A stretch of 58,553 nt of DNA, the filler included, from Porpidia crustulata (taxonomy: Eukaryota): the NCBI GenBank assembly GCA_964255105.1. It is 9 parts of 9 records of this genome, joined end to end, with 100 filler letters (N's around TTAATTAATTAA, not from the genome) between each part and the next. Parts side by side here need not be neighbours in the genome. Positions count along the whole stretch, not along the records: positions 45,641 to 52,047 come from CAXUWE010001552.1; positions 52,148 to 58,553 come from CAXUWE010001553.1; 7 more parts are not named here. One strand, given 5' to 3'. A program made the translations under genes and the position numbers. Position 1 is the stretch's first letter. Every line of letters starts with the position of its first letter. This document shows positions 51,209 to 58,553 of this stretch, in pieces. The notes under the pieces were generated by a model. The model saw nothing but the letters and a program-made list of their open reading frames with translations, searched no databases and was not told the origin of the DNA.

Positions 51209-52047
51209 GGAAGTTAGAGCGTTGGGGGTGTGAGGTGTGTCGTATGAGGACTGAAGGTGATGGAGAATAAGAGCTGCCGCTATGTCAGCATCAGACAGCT
51301 CTTCGCTCGAGCTATATTCTACAAGCTAAAGAACCTTAGCACATGGTCTTCTATTTCAATTCAAGGTCAAGCATGTAAACAACCCTTACTATTCTCAAAT
51401 TTCTAGAGTCCGACTTGAACTACCAATCGAAGCCTACCAATACCTAGTAATAACCAATTTGGGGGATAAATGACAACACGCGATGCAAGATTCGGACATA
51501 CACGCTCAACAATCAAGTCTCAAATACAGAACTCCATCAACCATCCAACCCAAGGATAACCTGAAGCTCACCAATTGATGTTGCAAAATTACATATGGTT
51601 GATGATACAAAGGGTATACCTTTCATTACCGTACAAGTTCTGCGATCCTAGTCACGTTTGGCGTTTTAATTTTTGCAGGAAAGGCGGAGAGCTGGGGTAT
51701 ATGTGGACTTGTTGAAGAGGAGGAGAAGAGCGCCTGCAGTTCGCATACCATATCTCCGCTGCAATCGTATCCGTCATGGGATTATATGGCGTAGATCCAT
51801 CAGCCAGCCAGCCGACCCTGAGTCCAAGAATCCTTTGTGAGATAGTTGAAACTCACAGAAAATCAATCAGAGCGCTTTTAACAAATTTTTTTAATTGTAT
51901 TAATATTACGATTATGATAAAACCGAAATCGCATACATTAGCGCATGAAAAGTCCAGAAATACTTAATCAAGCAAGCATCCTGTCCAGAAAAATTGGTAA
52001 GCAATATGTTTCATCCCCTCCCCCCCCCTTTTGCTGGTGGACCAACC

Positions 52048-52147
52048 NNNNNNNNNNNNNNNNNNNNNNNNNNNNNNNNNNNNNNNNNNNNTTAATTAAT
52101 TAANNNNNNNNNNNNNNNNNNNNNNNNNNNNNNNNNNNNNNNNNNNN
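52048..52147. other. Artificial contig linker
   Basis: N44-TTAATTAATTAA-N44. Confidence 0.99.
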
Positions 52148-53777
52148 GTAGTGTATCAGTGTGCTGGCGTTTAATTTTGTGAAGCCACGATTGTAATGGT
52201 AAAAGGCGGATTAGGTCTTGATAATTAGGCTTAAGCTTTGGAAGTGACTGTACTGGATTAGATGCCAGCACGCTGGTATGTTGTATAAGCCGGTGGTCAC
52301 GTTGCCCTCACAATTGTTAGCGTGGCTTTCTCGTCGGCGGTGCCGTAGATGTCTTGAGCTTGGAAATGGTCAAGTGTGTTCAAGATCTGGCTGGGAGTAG
52401 GATCGTTCTTAGCATCGGTGTGGTTGTGTCGTTTGGAGGGGTATAACGGCGGTGGGGATTTCGAGAGTTGAAGTATTGAAGGATTGGCGACATGAGCTGG
52501 CTGTTCGTTACTGGGGTTTTGAGGTGGATTGTTGGATGAGCCGGCGGTAGTTCCAGTGCAACAGGCTTCTTGATGTGGCGTCGCGCTCTAGAATCTTGAG
52601 TCTCGAGACTTTGAGATCGTTGTAGATTTCGAAAGCTGTGGAATGGGTTTGGGAGCGGTTTCCTGGCGATATTTCCTGCGACATGTACAGGCGGTGCCCA
52701 ATATCTCGGACGACATAGAATTGTCTGCAGAATTAGTATGGTAACCACCCGTTTTCTCTGCAGCGAGTGATGGAAGGAGACAATATCGAAGCCGCTGCAT
52801 TTGGCTTTCAGCGATGGAAGAAGTTGACACGGGTCAAACGTAGCATGGGCATTACATGAGACGAACCGAGTCAATAGTCGTCCTATACATCCTGAAATGA
52901 TAATGTAACGAATCCAGACGAGATCTATCATCATGTCATAGGATAGACCGTGAGAAAGAACGGTTTATTGTGGATGTTGCCCTCATTTTGGCAGGAACCT
53001 GCTTCAGCCCACTTGACTCGTCACACTCCACGATATGACGGGAATTCCTTTACTTCGACCAAGGAGACTGAATAAGAGAGTGACAGAGGAGATAGGAAAT
53101 TGACTGGATTTTCGTTATAGACTCACCCAGCCGGGACAGTATTGCTTCTTGCTCGACCCCGTGGATTAGGCTTCGACGCCGAGCCGGTGAGCGTCTTTAG
53201 CAAGGCCACGTCTGCAAAGTAGGCAGAAGTGAGACTTTGCAGATGACTGTCGTGTAGGACCCGGATGAGACACGACTGTGGATCAACAAGTCGGGAGCCG
53301 GTGAGTGTTCATAGGTGGTAGCTGAAGCTGCATGCAGTGAGGCAGGCGCAAGAAACCCACCGGGAGCATCTGTAATAATCTGGAATTATGCGCGAGCTGG
53401 GAACGCTTCCGTTGGGATTGAGCCGGTGAGATCGAAGCTACAATGAGAGAGGATGTAGTTTCAGCTGGCTCATGAAAGGCAAGTATCACCCTCGTAGCCT
53501 GGTGTTCATTTCAGCATTCATGATTGATTGAGTAGACTCGGACTGCCTTTCTGCAAGCTTCCTGCCGCTGCCAGATACTGCAGCCTCTCACCAGGCAGAT
53601 GTACCATCTTTCGGATTCTGACAAATCTTTCATCCGTTTCATAGTGTTCGCTGTCAAGCCAGCGTCTCGGGCGAGCTGCACCGTACCTCAATTGAAATTG
53701 GTCCCAGGTTGTTCGTGCCTAAAAGTTAGTCTATAGTTTCACGTATTATACTCCGTAATACTGCTTTGAGAGGCCGT

Positions 53778-53809
53778 GCTTAGTAAATGCCTCGCTTAGT
53801 AAATGCCTC
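53778..53809. repeat. Tandem 16-mer GCTTAGTAAATGCCTC x2, each copy containing TTAGTAA
   Basis: Exact duplication seen in sequence. Confidence 0.85.
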
Positions 53810-56502
53810 ACGGTATTATTGTAATTTTCGTGCAGGCTGTCATGCTGTGCCGTCCTCACCTGCACCTGTCAGCCCTCATTTCATCAGTACGGTAAGTAAT
53901 TTCACGTAATTTCACTTACGCGTGGGGTTATTGTCCACCATTCCTCAACTCGTCGACCGGACGGTAAATGTAATCAAGCCAGCCTTAAGTCATGATTGTC
54001 TTGTCCGGAGAGTTCCATCCGCAATGATCTCCAAATGCCCATCATCCACCGTTATCACCACAATAATTACTACCTACTTCACCATTGACATTGCCCGCCC
54101 AACGCTGCTATTCCTCAAGCCACGCCGGAAAGAGACATTTCTCACCACGGGATATTCTTTAGCCAATAGATGGGCTTGGGCTTTAGTCCGAACGGTTTGG
54201 AAAGTTGGGGGTGCAGAGGCGTGAAAGGCTACGTGAGGAGGTCTGAGCGTATTTTGGTCCTTGGCTTGCATTGCGTATTCTTTTCCCTATTTTCAGTGGC
54301 AACACGACACGACACACACATGGATACCTTCGACAAGACACCCTCGGAGGAGATGATCCGAGAATCTGCAGGAAACCGAACATCGTGCACAATGGTCGAT
54401 TGTTCACCACTATCACACATCCAATCTGCACACACAATGTTCTACAGACCCGTCAGCGCATCGCATAACGAGTAGTTGGTAACATAGTGCCCGATAACGT
54501 GGATGAGCAAGTCGCTGAGCGCCTTGTTCCGAGCTGTCACTCCCAATCAAGACGCGAGTTTCGCAGCAAGTCTGGTACCGAGTTACCTCATCTTTAGCGC
54601 CCGCCAATGTTCCGTCGCCGTAACTGCAGCTGGCTAGGAAGAGTGGGGTATCAAGCTTGTCTGGGATCTGGATTTCCAATAGTTCCTACCTACCTATCCA
54701 TGATGCATTTCTGAGCTTCCTAACAATCATGATGCACGCGGGCTAACAGCAAAGGCATCAGGCGTTGGAGCCGTCCCACATCGTGCACTGTGACTCTGGA
54801 CGTCCAGCCGCTTCGTGGGGTGAGGTAATACAGCATATGTTGTTCGTCTGGAGCAGCCAATAGGTGGATTCCGTACGAGCATACTTCCAGATTTTCTGAT
54901 GGTCAAGCCGCTTTTCCCAAGCTGTTGTTGCGTGGGAAGGCATTCCAGGTTTTGCGACTCTTGTCAACTAGTGAATGTGTCTACAGCTGCATACCTTACG
55001 ATAGTGAACTCTTGCCTGGCACCTGGATACGGCTAATTGCAGAGACTTTGGAGAGCATCTAGGACGTCCACACGAGCCCCAGAGGACATCAGCCCCTGGG
55101 ACCGGAATTTCCGCATAGCCTCCTGCAGCGAACAGTGCGAAATCCGGCTCAGCTCAAATTTGAGGCATTTACCAACCAACAGTCTGATTTTCGATACTTC
55201 GGGATAGGCTGCAGACTTGACACAAGGGTTCGCAGGGCAGGACTACGACACTACTTCATAGACTGCAGTATGGGAGGGCCAACAACGATGCTCGGTTATG
55301 CACCCCAAGCTTTGTAGGGGTCTTCCTCATAGTTGCAACTACTACTACTCTCCTCCAACAGGTCAAGTCAAGGCGATCTCCCGATCTGCTTCGTGGCGAA
55401 ATTTGCATTGTGGAGACTAGTCTAGAACAGAGCAGATCATCGCCAGCCACTGTTGATACTGCGGACTTTCCTTCTCACTTACATACTCTAGGCTTGTTGT
55501 TGTCGATGGGCTAGGCCGTGACAATTACCCAATCCTCCGCAGCGAATGCCGTCCTTTGTGATTATTACCATTCAACGACCTCGAGTACGAGCATCAGTTG
55601 GTGAATTACCAAGACTGAAAAGATTGAGACTGGGGAGATTAGCGGGTCGGCGGCAGCTGATGCTTAAAATTCCCCTGCGATTAGTCGTCCACGTACTTTG
55701 CTGGCATCTGACAACTCCACGAGTCTTGTGCAAGGTACGAACATACGAGTACGACCAATGCATTTCAATGGACTCGTGCCTCTTCTGCACTGTGATGACG
55801 CTGAGCATGAGATGAAACTACGCAACGGATATCACGGTCCACCAGAGCATACCCAGCATAGAATTGTGAATTTCTTGCGTAGTGAGTCCTTTACTCGTCC
55901 CTTGGATGACGATTATCGGTCCCACGTCGAACCTCACAGGCCACAGCGGTTGAGGCTAAGAGCCAATGTAATCTGTGGAGATTAATTAAGCCAATTACTG
56001 TGAAACGGACGTCTACTAAATTATTTAAACTGTCCAAGCAGGTGTTGGCTGCTGCTTTTCATCAGGCGCTGTTCGTCGATCACTATCGTTATTACGCTGA
56101 ATGCCGTCTATTCATGATGTTACCACTTGCTCGAGTTGTGTGACTAAAAATAACGAGCCCTATGAGCCGTAGAGGAGACAAGGCTACCAAGTGTGCTACC
56201 TGCCATTTCAGAAGTTGAGAGCCTGCCCTGCTGCAGACGAGGACAGACGTTGATTTGCACGCAACTCTCATCACGGCACATTTACTAGAAAAGAAACAAT
56301 GATATCTTGAGTTGCAATATCTATCGAGGTCCCTATTTTTTCTTTCTCCCGCTGGAGACGGAGAGACTTGCGACGATCCTCGTTTCCCCTCACCCCACGC
56401 TCCTTGTTCGGACAAGGGCGGCCAAAACGCACGCAAGAGGAAGACGCGAAAATCCCTGTATTCAAGTGCCGGGTGCTAACTGTAACGGATTCGTTGTGCA
56501 TT

Positions 56503-56518
56503 TTACTAATTTTACTAA
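56503..56518. promoter_or_regulatory. Tandem TTACTAA motifs (Yap1/AP-1-type response element consensus)
   Basis: TTACTAA at 56503 and 56512, about 740 nt upstream of the Ecl1-like ATG. Confidence 0.35.
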
Positions 56519-57257
56519 TTTTGCCAACTTTCCACTCTTTGCTAATCTTGCTGGCTTTTAGCCGTCGTGCTGAACCCCGTCCGAGCATCTACCTCTAGTC
56601 ACCTTGGCTGCCACTTGTCCCAGAACCGCTTGGCTCGTTAGATTGGAAATGGTGCGGCACACACTGACTGACCCTCCTCCCATCCCAATTCTGCCCTCAT
56701 GATCATTCGCTGGCGAATAGATCCTGCCCCCCCCTCGGCCTAGCAGAAGTTGCTTTAACTCAGTTGTGTCTGCATTCCAGGCCTGCACACTCTAGGATGG
56801 GCGTGTACTAGTGCACAGTGAGGAGTTCACTACTGGTGTACAGTATATGCAACATGATAACTATATACAGCTGGCCTGTCGTTTGCCTTTTCTTCCTCTT
56901 TGATGATTCGGTCTCTTGATGCCTTCAACAGCAACGAGAATCATGAAACAACAGCATTTTGCTTCGTACCTCAGCTTCAACCTCAACCATCTTTCAGATC
57001 GGTAACTTAAGCTTTCTTGTAATCTATTTGACTCATCTCAAGTCTAACATATCTGGGTACCTCACACCCCACCTTCCTTTCTGTGTACATCAATTCCAAC
57101 TTCCACCACTCCCTCCATTACTCTGAGCCTTTATCCTTTCCTCGTCGTCCTTGGCCGTCGTTATACATACAGCAACTATCCACCCACCTGTCCCAGTCTC
57201 GCTGTCGTCTACTGTCACTCCTTCGCCCGAACACAATCTCTTGGGCATACCACGACC

Positions 57258-57764
57258 ATGGACTCGAAGTGGTCTCCAGACTACTGCCTGGCCTGTGACC
57301 GACAAACAGCTGGTGGACTCTACTGCTCTCAAGCCTGCCGTCTCGCCGAGCTCGAGACTTCCCCGTGCGGGTCAGAACCCTCTTCACCCACGACGCCCAG
57401 CTTGGCCCCGTTCTGGGCATCTACAGAGCCACGTCGGGGGTCTGGCTTCTACCTCCAGCCAGCGTTCGACTTTGCTGCCTACAGACCATCGACCGTTTCG
57501 CCGGCGCAGGCAGCACTGCGGGGGAACTCCATGTCTCAGATGGCCCGCTTCACGAATTCCTTCCAAACCCTCACACCATCGGTGCCTCTCTCGCCTTCAA
57601 ATCGAGTCCTCACACCGTCTTCATCTCGGTCGTCTCTCAGTTCCATCTCGAGTAACTCTTCGGCAGGCGGCTATCTTTCCGCTCAGGCTCGTACCGAGCT
57701 TCAGAGTTATTCCAATTCCTTTGATGTCATCAGGAATTGGAAGAGACGAATGAACTCGACATGA
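57258..57764 (+). CDS. Ecl1/2/3-family zinc-binding protein (extender of chronological lifespan-like)
   Basis: WSPDYCLACDRQTAGGLYCSQACRLAE (CxxC..YCSxxC), Ser-rich LTPSSSRSSLSS, C-terminal ELQSYSNSFD. Confidence 0.85.
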   Translation: MDSKWSPDYCLACDRQTAGGLYCSQACRLAELETSPCGSEPSSPTTPSLAPFWASTEPRRGSGFYLQPAFDFAAYRPSTVSPAQAALRGNSMSQMARFTNSFQTLTPSVPLSPSNRVLTPSSSRSSLSSISSNSSAGGYLSAQARTELQSYSNSFDVIRNWKRRMNST

Positions 57765-58553
57765 CCTATCACTTCTTGTACTATTCTTTGGCAACGGGGG
57801 TTTCCAATACTCTTCGACAATCTTTCAGCAGGAACACCGGCGTTTTCATCATTCCCGGTCTCGCAATCCACCATTATACATTCGCCCACCACACTTCCAC
57901 TCCACCTATCATTTCGGACCACTTTCCATTTCTGTACAGTACCAAAAAAAGCATACGAGGGGATCTTTGATTGAACAGCTACGGTGTTCGGCACGCTACA
58001 GCAGGGCTGCTGGTCTTCCGGAGGGGTAGCATGGCCTATTTTCCACGGAGAAGGAGTCGGGGAGGGAAATATTGCAGCGTCAGCGTACTAGAACGAAGGG
58101 CATGAAGCAAAGGCGAGAAGGAGCAAAGCGAGCTTTACATCAGGCGTGGGGACTCATGGCAGGATAACTTGTTCCTCATCATTCGCTGGGCAAAGTTGGC
58201 TTTTTACTCAGAGGCAAGGCGATCATTCATCGTCTACATAGAGAATCACTCAAACCCATCAAAAACAAACTCGTACCGTGTTTCCTGAATCCCATCTGAC
58301 GGCCCTTGACAAACCCCAATCCAAATCCAACCGCTCCCCGGCCGTCCGCCAGACCCGAACTCAATCGTAACCAGATTTCCACAACAGCCAGAACCCTTTC
58401 AGATCCCGCTATAAACACCCCTACTACCACTACTACTCCCATCCCTCGTCCAAAATAAACCCTTGCCCACATCTAAGAAAAAAAAAGGCCTCAACGCATA
58501 CAATAATAATTCTACGCCGAGGCCCTCTCATCAACGATCATCCCCGACTCGAC

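Noticed and set aside
52380..52934. 184-aa minus-strand ORF
   Set aside because: No motifs or coding-like composition; probably spurious.
57151..57753. 200-aa alternative-frame ORF overlapping the Ecl1-like gene
   Set aside because: Non-ATG start and low-complexity translation; the Ecl1 frame explains the region.

Overview
Filamentous ascomycete (Pezizomycotina) DNA with short GT-AG introns; a lichen-forming lineage is possible but is only an impression. The window is not contiguous. It holds nine unrelated contigs of about 6.4 kb, sorted by decreasing length and joined by artificial N44-TTAATTAATTAA-N44 linkers. Most contigs carry core genes: eIF2-alpha, YVC1 TRP channel, actin, FES1, derlin, CENP-A, a multi-KH protein, phytochrome, PAN3, a UBX protein, an Rdx/SelW-like protein, G-protein gamma, eIF3a, S10 and S53 proteases and an Ecl1-like gene. 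Contig 32615-39028 looks accessory, with orphan genes and a MADS-box pseudogene. The best leads are three. (1) That pseudogene was destroyed by a RIP-like process that removed every GG over about 460 nt while sparing CA/TG and CG, suggesting a CpC-biased context. (2) An ~1 kb PAN3 intron hides an in-frame 267-codon alternative N-terminus with PAM2-like motifs. (3) The Rdx/SelW-like gene has a long, heavily base-paired intron with mutually exclusive helices. Gene models were traced by hand and no database search was run.
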